Of a stretch of DNA of 64,000 nucleotides, positions 52,276 through 64,000 are shown piece by piece. The stretch's first letter is position 1. Each line of letters starts with the position of its first letter. The translations under genes and the position numbers were made by a program. The stretch is from Malacoraja senta (lineage: Eukaryota), in NCBI GenBank assembly GCA_038087875.1, contig CM075997.1:992001-1056000 (forward strand), read 5' to 3'. The notes beneath the pieces are model-generated. The model ran no database searches, was not told where the DNA came from, and saw only the letters and a program-made list of their open reading frames with translations.

Positions 52276-54592
52276 GCTATTTCCTTTGCTCCATAGATGC
52301 TGCTGCACCCGCTGAGTTTCTCCAGCACTTTTGTCTACCTTGCATTGAAGGAAGTTGAAGTTGCATTTGAGCTCATATAAATTGACATTTTGAGGTACCC
52401 CTTTTCTGGATGTGGCTATTCGATAGGCTGGGATATCTGATTTTTAAGGGGCAACTATCTAGCTGTTGTACAGGCTTGAAACAGTAATTTACACTTGACA
52501 TTGCTATAGCTACCTCATGGGGCGCAGAGAGTACTCCTGAGGGTTTTGTGTTAATTGACATTTTTAGTGGAAGAATTATAGAACATAGAGCACGGAAAAG
52601 CACAGCACAGGAACAGGCCCCATCTGCCCACAATGCCCGTGCCCAACTTGATGTTAAGATAAACTAATCTCATTTGCCTGCACATGATCCCTATCCCTCC
52701 ATTTGATCATATCTATGTACCTATCCAAAAACTTCTTAAATGTACCAATTGCATCTGCCTCCACTAACACCCTGGCAGTGCATTCCAGGCATCCGCCACT
52801 CTGTTTATGTAAAAAAAAACTTGGCCCCCACATCTCCTTTAAACTTTGCCCCTTTCACTTTAAAATTATGCCCTCTAGTCTGTGACATTTCCACTCTAGG
52901 ATAAAGGCTCTGACTGTCTACCTTATCTATGCCTTTCATAATTGTACATACATAATTAGGTAGTTATTGTATTGAAAACAAGGATGTTGAGCATAGCATT
53001 ATTTTAGACTTCCTTCATAATGTTCTGTTATCCCAACATCTTGCAATTTCAAACCACATTTCCTGTTTTGGTTTTTAAAATCTTTCATCTATATTGCCAA
53101 AGTAACGAATATTTCACTTGCAGCAAAGGAGACCAATCTTTTGTCAGTGAAATTGCAACGAGTGTTCACTGGGGCATGAATGAGCCAAGTACATAATTTG
53201 GATGTTTCCATAACATGACAACATTTGCGAAAGCAATCACATTAGGGCATTAGTAGCCATCTGTCTGAGGCAAACAAATGTCTTGAGACTCAAGATTGAG
53301 ACAGATGAATAAATAGAAAAATTAAATTTGGGTGGAGAGGCCTGAAGGGTAGTGTTCTTGGGGTTGTTTGCTGTAGTTCAGTGGAATTGATGTTCTAATG
53401 TGTTTGATTATTCTCATTTGATTTTGTGATGAAATTCATTTGTTTCACCCCTGTAATATCCGATTAGCAGATAGTGCATGTTAATTTCCACACTTTTTTC
53501 AGTTTGTATGTTTGGCAAGTGTGTGAAATATGTTTCTAGATGATTCGGTTCAAAACTTGGGAGAGTGCTGGTTTTATGTAGACCTGAAAATCCAACAGAA
53601 ACCTGGTAATCTGAAGTTAAAACAATGGTTGAAGCTGCAGGTGTGGCCACATCTGTGGAAAGGCAGGCAACACTTCAGGCTGCATTCTTTGTTAGAATTG
53701 GGGCAGAGCAAGCAAGAGAAGTAGCAGAGAAGGTGGAAACTTAGCCTCGTCCTTTTAGAGGTTCTCCATTTTTCATTTCCGACCCTTCCCCACTTGTCTG
53801 CAACTTAACAATAAAACAGTTTTTCCTCTTTCTTAGTTCTGCCAAAGATCTCTGACCTGAAACATTTCCCATGGTTGCAACCTGACCTGAGTGTTTTCAA
53901 CATTTTGGAGGCTGGGGGTGCTATTATAGAATCATGGCTGGTGTTGAATTTTCAGGAGCAAATGTGTGTTTAGTACTTATATTTTTTGTTAGCCTCCAAC
54001 TGATTTTTAATTGGATAAATTTAATAGTTTACTATTGATATGCATCAGCAGATTTACTTGATTGTACTAAATACTGTGCACCAGCGCTATTCACATATTT
54101 TATTTGGACCGATTTTGTAGCCAGGATCTGCTAGAGGCATTACAGGATGCAATAAACCTTGTTTAATGAAGATTTCCATTTTAATTTCTGTAGAAATGGC
54201 CAAAGAAGGCAAATTGGCACACTTTAGTCTAATCTTTTGCACAGTATTTACTGATGACCATAATATTAATCATCGACCTTTAATGTGTGTTCTGAAATAT
54301 TAATGTCAATCAATTTCTGGTTAGGAATCTATTTTTTCCCATGGATGGTTATGTTTGAGTATGTGACTCATGGTGATTACTTTTTCTGATGGTGAGAAAC
54401 ATAGCAATTATAACTTGTGTGCAGTTCCAATGGATTTGCGGTAGAAAGTTGTAAGTGTGCTGCGTCGCTTTGCTTTTTGAACTTAAGTTAACTGTCTTAA
54501 TGACAAGATTGTACATTTGGGTTTGATTGGTCCATGGATATAACCACAAGTATTTAATGATAAAGATTGGGATGTTGACTAGAAGCTTCTAA

Positions 54593-54787
<195 letters not shown>

Positions 54788-54894
54788 TAGGCATGATGCT
54801 GCACCTCTGCTCTTGCATACCGTACAATAAGAGTACTTGTTTTTCTGCTTATGGCATGATGCGACCTTACTCTGCTAACTTTCTCTCTGCACAG

Positions 54895-54980
54895 ATATTG
54901 TAGGCACTCTCAGGCCAGATGAAAAGGCTATAATGACTTACGTTTCATGCTACTACCATGCCTTCTCAGGTGCTCAAAAG
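54895..54980 (+). CDS. ACTN4: Alpha-actinin-4 exon 8b (mutually exclusive alternative)
   Basis: Branch-point-like TGCTAAC at 54873-54879, pyrimidine tract, acag|AT...AAG|gtgag, 86 bp; [29 protein letters not shown]. Same length and phase as 8a, with many synonymous differences. Confidence 0.93.
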
Positions 54981-56619
54981 GTGAGCTCTTGACTCATGCA
55001 AACATTCTATCCTCCTGTGTGCTTTTGGTCTTCTGTGGGGTGCTTATCTCTTGTAGGGTGGTGAACGTACTATATCCATTTGTGTATGGTGCACAGGCAT
55101 TTTCTGTAGGATAATGAGTGTCATTTTTTAAAGGTGTGTGCATATATATATTATATATTCGAAATAAGCATGCTCTTGTCATATGCAAATGAACTACCCT
55201 GAATCCATAATATTTTGAACAAGGCCCTTGGACTACCTCTGGTCAATCCTTGTTCTTTGTTCCCACTTACTATACCCCTTCCCTCTGTGCAGCAATATAT
55301 CTGAGTTTAATGATATTGTCTGCATATCCTTCCGAGCAACTATACTGTTCTGTTGAAATCTACTTTCGCTACTAATTTAAAACTTCGGTGAAGTCCCAGT
55401 ATTAGAATTTTCATCGTGTATTTGGACGTCTGGAAATGTATTATTTTCCCAAGTTCAGGATTAAAATTCCCAATAATGCCAGAAAACTAAAGTTGTGAAG
55501 AGGACATTTTATGACCTAAAACACCAAAATGTTAAATCTTCTTTGTAAGAAAGATGGGATGTTAGGGGGAGAAGAATCCTAGCATTGTGCTATGCATAGT
55601 GTCCAGTCCTGTCTTCACACCATTTGTAGTTTGGGTGTTATCTCAGCAATGATAAGGGTGGTTAGGTCCATAGTAAATATAAATATGTATAAATGTGGTC
55701 TTATTTATTTGCTGGCCTGCAATGTAATTCTGCTAATTGACATTGTCAGGATGATTAGTGACAATTTGAAGAGAAAATTATGCAAAATCAAAACTTTAAG
55801 CCTAATCTATTTTGATCTACTATATAAAACAACCCCCGAAAAGCCCTAAAGTTACACTAAATGTACAGTGCAATTTGCATACATTTAATATTCCTTTATT
55901 ATAAAATAACCTCATGAACTTGTTCTCACCTGTCAACCATTGCTGTCTCTTTTTTCCCCTCTATGTAGACCCTTTGTTTCCATCAATGGTGACCAGCTCT
56001 CATCTGCATTTGTTCTGCCTATGTATATTTTTTGCTGTGTAACAGGTATAAAAGCCTCCCTTTCCCGTTGTCTCTTGGCAATGAATGGTTTGCCACTGAC
56101 ACTGTGTTTGTGCTTTTTGGAGCAATATGCTTTCTCTCACACATCACTTCATCTTAACTCTTAACTTGGTAATTTAAAGGTTGTGATATGGTTTGCTGCA
56201 TGTATCTATGAACAGGTGTACGATGAAAGACTTTTTCTTCCTTTAGTGATTCTTTACTAATTCATTCTGCAAAAGTGAGTTGACAGTTAAAGTAGTCATT
56301 CCTTTGAATGTAGATGAAGGCATAGGCACCGGCACTGTTGGAAGCCGAATCCTTGGGGCAAGGGTACATGCTTCGGTGTGGCACACTAGCTTGCTTTCAC
56401 TTGGATTATGGATTACATAATTGTTTTGTTATCTATAATGAAATAGAATACTAATAGGCATTTTTTAAAGTTGAGTGCTGCATTAGCATGCTGCCATGTT
56501 GCTCATGTTAGTTTAAGGTGGGTCAGGTGAGTGACATTTCTACACTAATCCTGGTTGTAGTGATGCATGCTTATATTTCTGACCAAAATCCGTAATTGCC
56601 AGTCTTTGTCCTTAAGTTT

Positions 56620-56641
56620 GGGGGGGGGGGGGGGGGGGGGG
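56620..56641 (+). repeat. Poly-G tract (22 G)
   Basis: Read directly. Other long G/C runs lie at about 8352, 17933, 49097 and 50681. Confidence 0.9.
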
Positions 56642-56977
56642 AGATAAAGCCTTTTGGGGAGACTCCGATCTTTAGATAAATCTAAACTTTGTTTACTTAC
56701 TTGCATTTCAAATCACTCATTTTGTCTCTTGAACCAATCTTTGCTTGAATGACACTCATTTATGAAGCTTAATCTAAGCTGAATTTATTGTGAACATCAT
56801 GACCTGCAGAGTGGCAATTTTATTTGAGATGTTTGCTCTTGGAATTGAAAGGTAATTTTTAAAACTTTGATAATGCCATTTTAATATTGTGCCCTATCAA
56901 TCTGTCTGAACTTTGCATAACTTTTTCCATAAAATTTTAAGTGCTGCAATTTCTAACCATGTATTTGTTCCCAATAG

Positions 56978-57124
<147 letters not shown>

Positions 57125-57145
57125 TGAGTATAGTCTAGAAGAATG

Positions 57146-57234
57146 GGTAGTCACAAAATGCAGGAGCAACTCAGCAGGACAGGCAGCATCTCTGGAGAGA
57201 AGGAATGGGTGACGCTTTGGGTCGAGACCCTTCC
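57146..57234 (-). mobile_element. Short Penelope-derived insertion about 75 bp downstream of exon 9
   Basis: 13-bp duplication GTCTAGAAGAATG at 57133-57145 and 57235-57247. Confidence 0.82.
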
Positions 57235-58624
57235 GTCTAGAAGAATGCATTTGTTTAAAAAACTATTACAATTTGTGGATGGTCATCAAACCGAAAACAA
57301 ATGTGAGTAGCCAGTAGTCTTAAATTTCTTAACAATAACTGAACACATCTGTGGATTAGTTTTGGGGTTTGTTCCATCAAAAGGCTTTTTGCAAATCAGC
57401 CGATTATTATACTTTGGCATGATCATCAAACTGTTTGGCTAGATAGCTCATTTGTGCGATGGATTTGTGGAACAATAAGACAGCTGAACTGTCATTTTGG
57501 CTGATCATCATTCGTGCCTGTTCAGAATTACTGAGCTCCACATTCTGCAAGGGATGATGCCCATTTTGGATTCTATGACTTTGTTCATGTTTAGTTCCCA
57601 GTTTATCTCGTTACCATCAGAAGGTGCTTATTCAGGGGAAAATGACCGATGAATGTACAATTTTACAGATATATTTGTAGAGACTTTTGATTAAATGTGT
57701 AGGGAAGAAGATGAAAGTGTGTTCATAATTTTGTTCTACATGCGACTAATGTGGTTGACTTTTAAATGCTCCTTAAATGACCTATGCCACTGTTCAGGGG
57801 CAATTGGGGATATGTTGTAAATGCTGGCTTTGACTGACGCATCTTGAAGAATCAATGGATTAAAAAAAATTATAATTATAACAAACTCTCTTGCAAATTC
57901 TAGGAAGATATAATTCAACGCTGAGGACTCATCCTGGAGCTCTAAGTTCCATTAGGATTATAGAGGACAATGTCATGCCCCCTAACAATTTCTGATTTGC
58001 AAATGTTAACCTTTACAACAGTGTATATTCATGAGAAATGCTTGTAAAATTGTATTTAACGTTTCCTAGAATTGGGGGTTCCAATAATTTGGGGGAAAAC
58101 GAATGTATTTAAATTCTGGAAATTGAACAGTGTTAAAACCGCAATCCTGAAGTTTTGTATTTTGACAAATTTCTGTTGGTCCATTTATCCTTCATGTGCT
58201 TCACTTGCTGGCAAAGCCAACATTTATTAGTCCGTAATAGTCCTTGAACTGAGTGGCTAGGTGTCCATTTCAGAGGGCTTTGAAAAGTTAATCCAAGTGA
58301 GGCACTTGTGCCAATCGAGCTCCGGATAATAGATTTCCTTCCCTGAAGGAATTTTATTTAAAGAAAGTGTTGTCATTTATTGGTAGTTTCATAATTGCCA
58401 TTACTGATGCTAATTTCTAATTCAATTCTGTTTGAGTGTATTTAAATTCCCGAGCTACTGTGAGATTTGAGATCAACATTTAATTTGTTGTCCTGTAACA
58501 ATTGGTTCTTATCCTAATAAAAATGGCCACGGTTTTGGAATTATAACAGTCGGGCCCTTTTAAATTGTTACCTTAAGAATCAGTTGCTGCAAGACCACAA
58601 ACCAAGTACTTAGCTCAAATCTCT

Positions 58625-59522
58625 CAATAGACAAAAGGTGCAGGAGTAGGCCATTCGGCCCTTCGAGCCAGCACCGCCATTCAATGTGATCATGGCTGAT
58701 CATCCCCAATCAGTACCCCGTTCCCGCCTTCTCCCCATATCCCCTGACTCCGCTATCTTTAAGAGCCCTATCTAGCTCTCTCTTGAAAGCATCCAAAGAA
58801 CCTGCCTCTACCGCCCTCTGAGGCAGAGAATTCCACAGACTCACAACTCTCTGTGAGAAAAAGTGTTTCCTCGTCTCCGTTCTAAATGGCTTACCCCTTA
58901 TTCTTAAACTGTGGCCCCTGGTTCCCCCTACATCGGGAACATGTTTCCTGCCTCTAGCGTGTCCAAACCCTTAACAATCTTATATGTTTCAATAAGATCC
59001 CCTTCTATCCTTCTAAACTCCAGTGTGTACAAGCCCAGCCGCTCCATTCTCTCAGCATATGACAGTCCCGCCATCCCGGGAATTCATCTTGTAAACCTAT
59101 GCTGCACTCCCTCAATAGCAAGAATGTCCTTCCTCAAATTAGGGGACCAAAACTGTACACAATACTCCAGGTGGGGTCTCACTAGAGCTCTGTACAACTG
59201 CAGAAGGACCTCTTTGCTCATACACTCAATGACTCTTGTTATAAAGGCCAACATGCCATTTGCTTTCTTCACTGCCTGCTGTACCTGCATGTTTACTTTC
59301 ATAGACTGATGAACAAGGACCCCCAGATCCCGCTGTACTTCCCCATTTCCCTTGACGCCATTTAGATAGTAATCTGCCTTCCTGTTTTTTATACCAAAGC
59401 GGATAACCTCACATTTATCCACATTAAACTTCATCTGCCCACCCCCCCAACCTGTCCAAGTCGCCCTGCATTCTCATAGCATCCTCCTCACAGTTCACAC
59501 TGCCACCCAGCTTTGTGTCATC
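58625..59522 (-). mobile_element. CR1-clade LINE 3' fragment (relatively young)
   Basis: ORF 59084-59434 MKFNVDKCEV...RDLGV...LYRALVRPHLEYCVQFWSP, a typical CR1 ORF2 C-terminus, followed by a 3' UTR. Confidence 0.92.
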
Positions 59523-59842
59523 TCATTGGTGTTGCAATTAAAAAAAACTTAAAATATATATTTTAGATGTTTCTTTAAATGAGGCTAAATAGGTCAAGGA
59601 AGTGTGGTGGAATGCTGACTAACATGTGACATGTACTGGGGGAAGTGAATAGCAGTCATCACAGTGTTTGCTGTTTAAAATTGGTATTAATGGTGCAATT
59701 TTGGTACTATGGCTAAATATTGTAGGGAATTTTAGCAATGAAGTACTTGTGCCTTTTCAATAGATTTCTTGGTTTCAAAAGCATTTCTAAGCTTTAAAAA
59801 AATTGTGATCACCTTTTATATTTTGTGGTGTTTTGTTTCCAG

Positions 59843-60073
59843 TTATTGGAATGGATTCGCCAAACCAAACCCTGGCTTGAAAACAGGGAACCTGAGAAAA
59901 CCATGCAAGCTATGCAGCAGAAACTGGAAGACTTCCGTGATTACCGGCGTGTCCACAAGCCACCAAAGGTACAAGAGAAGTGTCAGCTTGAGATCAACTT
60001 CAACACCCTTCAGACCAAACTCCGCCTCAGCAACCGTCCAGCGTTTATGCCTTCTGAAGGGAAAATGATCTCG
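59843..60073 (+). CDS. ACTN4: Alpha-actinin-4 exon 10 (spectrin repeat 1)
   Basis: ttccag|TTA...TCG|gtaag, 231 bp; [77 protein letters not shown]. Confidence 0.96.
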
Positions 60074-61954
60074 GTAAGAAACATTTAACTTTAAATCCAT
60101 TGCCACAGTTGAGTTGAAATTGGAAAATTGTATCTGACGTTTATCACATAAACTCTATACACTTTAGCTTCTTTACCTTCATTATTCTGCTTCCCTTCAC
60201 TTCCCCAGGCTAACTGCAAAGATTTAATTTTCTCACTCAGTTGCACACTGAACTGCAATCCTGCACGTCCTGCTTATATTTGGATACACTATTGAAATTG
60301 TTTTTCCTGTTAGAGCACATTCATTAGCTTCCTGGTTGAAATCTGTTAACCTAAAATTGGTTGAGAATCAAACTGGGAACACATTTTGTATGTGGAGCAA
60401 TACTATGTTTCCCCCGTGAGAATTCATTAACACCATTGGTTTCCATACTTTATGCCAGTAATGTTCCATTCACTTTGAGACGTGGGTTTCCTGCCTTCCT
60501 CTAATGGCCCTTGAAGTGTGACTGGCATTCCCACAGTGTTTGAATTCCATGATTTAGGCCTGGTGGTGACTAAATGGTAAGCGAGGTTCCAAGCTCCAAG
60601 CTAATATATTACTGCAAGTTCCCTCTGAATTTCCCTGAGGGAGTCAATAAAGTATTTATTATTATTATTAAGTGCCCTGTAGAAGATTGTGTTTCCATGC
60701 TTTTCTGCTCTTGGTAGAGATAGGGTGTTGGAGAGATGCTGTTGTGTATTTTAAATTGAAAGAACGATTTTCTCGTAGCAGTAGAATCCATTGACATTAC
60801 AATTGAAATCCATGGAATATAAATTTGGTTGTTTTTGTTTTAATTGGGACCAGTTGAATGGAGATTGATAGGAAGGTGGTGTGGAATGGTGAGTTCACTG
60901 TGACTGTTGGTGAGGGAAGTGCATAGTGGGTGTGAAATATCGCTTGTGTGGCTGCATCTGTACTCGTCCAGTGTAATTTGTCCATTTTGTAGATAGTGGG
61001 AACACTGCGTCACTTGCAGTAGGTTACCCAGTGTACCATCTGATCTTATTCCCATTGTCCCAATGTGACAAGTGTTAGGTTTCTGGTCAATAGCAACTCC
61101 CAGGCAACTAAGGGTGGGAATTTGTTGATGGAATTAAATGTCCAGTGTAGGTGATTAAATGCTCCAGTTGGAGATGGTCAGTACTTGGCACTATTGTAGC
61201 AAGATATGCAACAACAAACTCTCTGCCAAAGTATTTTTGGACTTTTTCTGCACAAGAAGTAAAGTAGCCAAAAGTAGATAGTTTATATTCTTTGGTCTTG
61301 AACCAACCAACAATGTTTTGTTTTCCTTTTTTGTTGCACAATCTAAAGTTGTTTGCTTGACATGCAGCATCCGTGGAGGGAATGGACATGGGGGCGTTTT
61401 GGGTCGGGTCCCTTCTTCAGACTCCGCTCCTGACCTGAAATGCAGTCTGTATGGTCTAAAGAAGGATCCCAACCTGAAATGGTCACCTGGCCATTCCCTC
61501 CACAGATGCAGCCTGACCTGCTGAGTTCCTTCAGCACTGTTTATTGTTCAATATTGTAGCACCTGCAGTCGTTTGTTTCAGCATTAAGAAATGACTACCC
61601 TAATACCTGTGATAAAGTTAGGGTTGGTGTGTTTCTGTTTGAGGAAGGAAATGGAGGAAGTAGAGGTGCTTGATTATGGGAATAGTTTTGTGGAAAAATA
61701 TCCTTCAATGTTTATAATGTGGAGGAGCATGGTGTGGGGGAATGCAGGCCACTGTTGGCATCAAAACAAATATTTGCAAACGGAACAAGTTGCCTCTTTG
61801 GTTTATTGGATCTTGATGTGCATGAAATAGCCACTCTATTCACAAGCTTCAAGTACTTTAATTTTAATTCCATGAATGAATACCGTGGGTGATTAGATGA
61901 GCTTCAGTGGAAATTGCTGGAGAAGCGATAAAGGATCATCTCATTTGGATTGGA

Positions 61955-62248
61955 TGCAACGGTAGAGTTGCTGCGTTACTGCGCTTGCAGCGCCGGAGAC
62001 CCGGGTTAGATCACGAATATGGGTGCTGTCTGTAGGGAGTTTGTACGTTCTCCCCGTGACCACGTGGATTTTCCACTGAGATCTTCAGTTTCCTCCCACA
62101 CCCCAAGACGTTCAGGTTTGCAGGTAAATTGTCTTGGTATAAGTGTAAATTGCCCCTAGTGTGTAGGATAGTGTTAATGTGTGGTGGTCGGCGTGAACTC
62201 ATTGCTCCGAAAGGCCTGTTTCCATATTGTATCTCTAAACTAAACTAA
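61955..62248 (+). mobile_element. tRNA-derived SINE (HE1/V-SINE-like)
   Basis: Same family; ends TGTATCTCTAAACTAAACTAA. Confidence 0.85.
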
Positions 62249-62653
62249 GAAGCTTTTCACTGTACCTCGGGACACGTGACAAACTAAACTAACACTTGAT
62301 GCATTAATGCTTGAATTAATGCTAGCAAAAGGCAATTGTTCACTAATTATGGCCATTAGTTCATTCATAACAAATCCAAACAAATTTTGGCAACCTGTAT
62401 CGGTGGACTGCTTTAGGAACACTAGTCTGTAGGCCCAGGTTCTTCCTGAGTCTGTTCGTTGGTGGAATAAGCAATTCATGTCAAACGTGAACTCTTAACC
62501 TTTCCTGAAGGAACTCTCTCATTTAGATTTTAAATTGCTTTCATGTATGTGCATTATACATTCTTTTTAATTAGATAATACTGTGCAAATTTTTATGACA
62601 ATGCTTCATTCCCATTAGGCTTCTGTGGAATAATATCTTTTGGTTGTGTATAG

Positions 62654-62801
62654 GATATTAATAATGCATGGCAAGGTCTGGAGCAGGCAGAGAAAGGGTA
62701 CGAGGAATGGCTGCTGAACGAGATCAGGAGGCTGGAAAGACTTGATCATCTGGCAGAAAAATTCAGGCAGAAAGCTTCCATCCACGAAGATTGGACCACA
62801 G
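62654..62801 (+). CDS. ACTN4: Alpha-actinin-4 exon 11; the gene continues beyond the window
   Basis: gtatag|GAT...ACAG|gtaat, 148 bp; [49 protein letters not shown]. Confidence 0.96.
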
Positions 62802-63260
62802 GTAATGTTCCAATTTTATAATTGTGTATATATAGCATTCTAAATTTAGGATGATCATCTAATGCAAAGTTTAAAATCATGGCATTAATCAAAAGCTACT
62901 TGGCTACCAATTGATAAACAATAAATGGATTAAGCTATGAATTTTGTTGCTGCAAGCCAACCTTTTTTGTCAACCCTTAGTAAAAACATAACTGATATTT
63001 GGAGCTCAAATCTTCTTTCCTCTCAGCAAGATTTACACTGGACCCATAATCAAATTATCCAGAAGCTGTTTCGTTTTGTTCAATGCTCCCAGCTGCTGAA
63101 TAATAAATACTGCAATTATCAATATACCAATTCCTGATGTTGCATCCAAACCACCTGACGAGTGCTGTATACGTGAAATTTGCACAACTGGTCTCAGATT
63201 AATGTAACTCGAGATTTCCATGGAAACAAGTGAATAAAATTTGAGGGAAGTTGACCAGAA

Positions 63261-63323
63261 AGACCCATCATTTATTTAATTGCCTCTGTATTCCACAATT
63301 GGTGATTTGTAATAGAAAAAAAT
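63261..63323. mobile_element. Solo fragment of the same Tc1 TIR
   Basis: AGACCCATCATTTATTTAATTGCCTCTGTATTCCACAATT...TTTGTAATAGAAA matches 28696-28753. Confidence 0.75.
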
Positions 63324-63326
63324 CGG

Positions 63327-63530
63327 GTGCCCTTTGGGCCACCGAGTCTGCACCGACCAACGATTCATCCTATGCACCAGGGATGATTTACAGAAGCCAA
63401 TTAACCTACAAACCTACACGTCTTTGGAATGTTGGAGGATGCTGGAGCACCCAGAGAAAACGCGTTTGGTCACGGGGAGAACGTATAAACTCCATTCAGG
63501 CAGCACCCATAGCCGGGATCAAACCTGGGT
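63327..63530 (-). mobile_element. Diverged partial HE1/V-SINE-like copy
   Basis: CCAATTAACCTACAAACC..CGTCTTTGGAATGT..GGTCACGGGGAGAACGT motifs shared with the other copies. Confidence 0.7.
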
Positions 63531-64000
63531 AGAGTCTGAGTGTACTGCTGCTGTTAATATCTAATGACATCTGCCTCCGAAACTTGTTGTTCTATATATC
63601 CTCAAACTCAACTTCGAAATTTCTATAGTTTAAATGTTCAAAGTTTTATTTGGTGGCTTAATGTTTAAGATTGCTTCTGTATTCAGTTAGTCTTTTGTGC
63701 TCTTTAAAATGTTTAAAGAAATCTGGTAAAACATGTTCTTTTCTGGCTTGCTGTCGGATTTGCTGCTTAGCTTGCTTAATGAGATGTCTCGCTGGATATC
63801 AGAGACACCCTCCCCCCTTCCACCAGTCCCACAAAAGAACTAGTGATTTGAAAGCAACTAATGTTGTACAAAGGGAGATCCCTAAGAGATTGAAACTTTA
63901 TTTGGGCTGCTACCATTGAAGTCGACAACTACTATTGTTTTTTATTGACTGCAAATTCTAGGCACGGGGAATTTTAAAGTCCACCGAATACCCTGCTCAG

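Noticed and set aside
54895-54980. Exon 8b as an assembly duplication or dead copy
   Set aside because: Differences from 8a are mostly synonymous, the flanks are unrelated, splice signals are intact, and it matches the known GTLRPDEK variant.
56030-56052. Recursive splice site (pyrimidine tract plus AACAG|GTATAA)
   Set aside because: The intron is only about 2 kb and the donor is weak. Such motifs arise by chance in T-rich introns.
59843-60106. Antisense 87-aa ORF over exon 10
   Set aside because: A shadow of the sense coding exon, with no independent support.

Overview
This is vertebrate genomic DNA, most likely a cartilaginous fish such as a skate or ray (inferred from HE1/V-type SINEs, CR1, Rex1 and Penelope repeats). 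The + strand carries exons 2-11 of a non-muscle alpha-actinin gene with ACTN4-diagnostic residues. Exon 8 is duplicated as a mutually exclusive pair (8a 54612-54697, 8b 54895-54980). No exon 1 is visible; a 200-N gap at 7730-7929 coincides with an apparent change in strand skew. The introns are dense with repeats: two decayed Tc1 (DD34E, IR/DR) copies, a young Harbinger-type MITE, CR1, Rex1 and Penelope-like fragments, and tRNA-derived SINEs. The most striking signal is roughly 25 or more copies of a minimal hammerhead-ribozyme core (CUGAAGA-A-stem II-GAAACGUH). These sit in short Penelope-derived insertions that often have 10-16 bp target-site duplications, often start right at the core, and often form head-to-head palindromes. 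One copy has tandem cores and one lies inside the Harbinger MITE. All calls were made by eye, without database searches.
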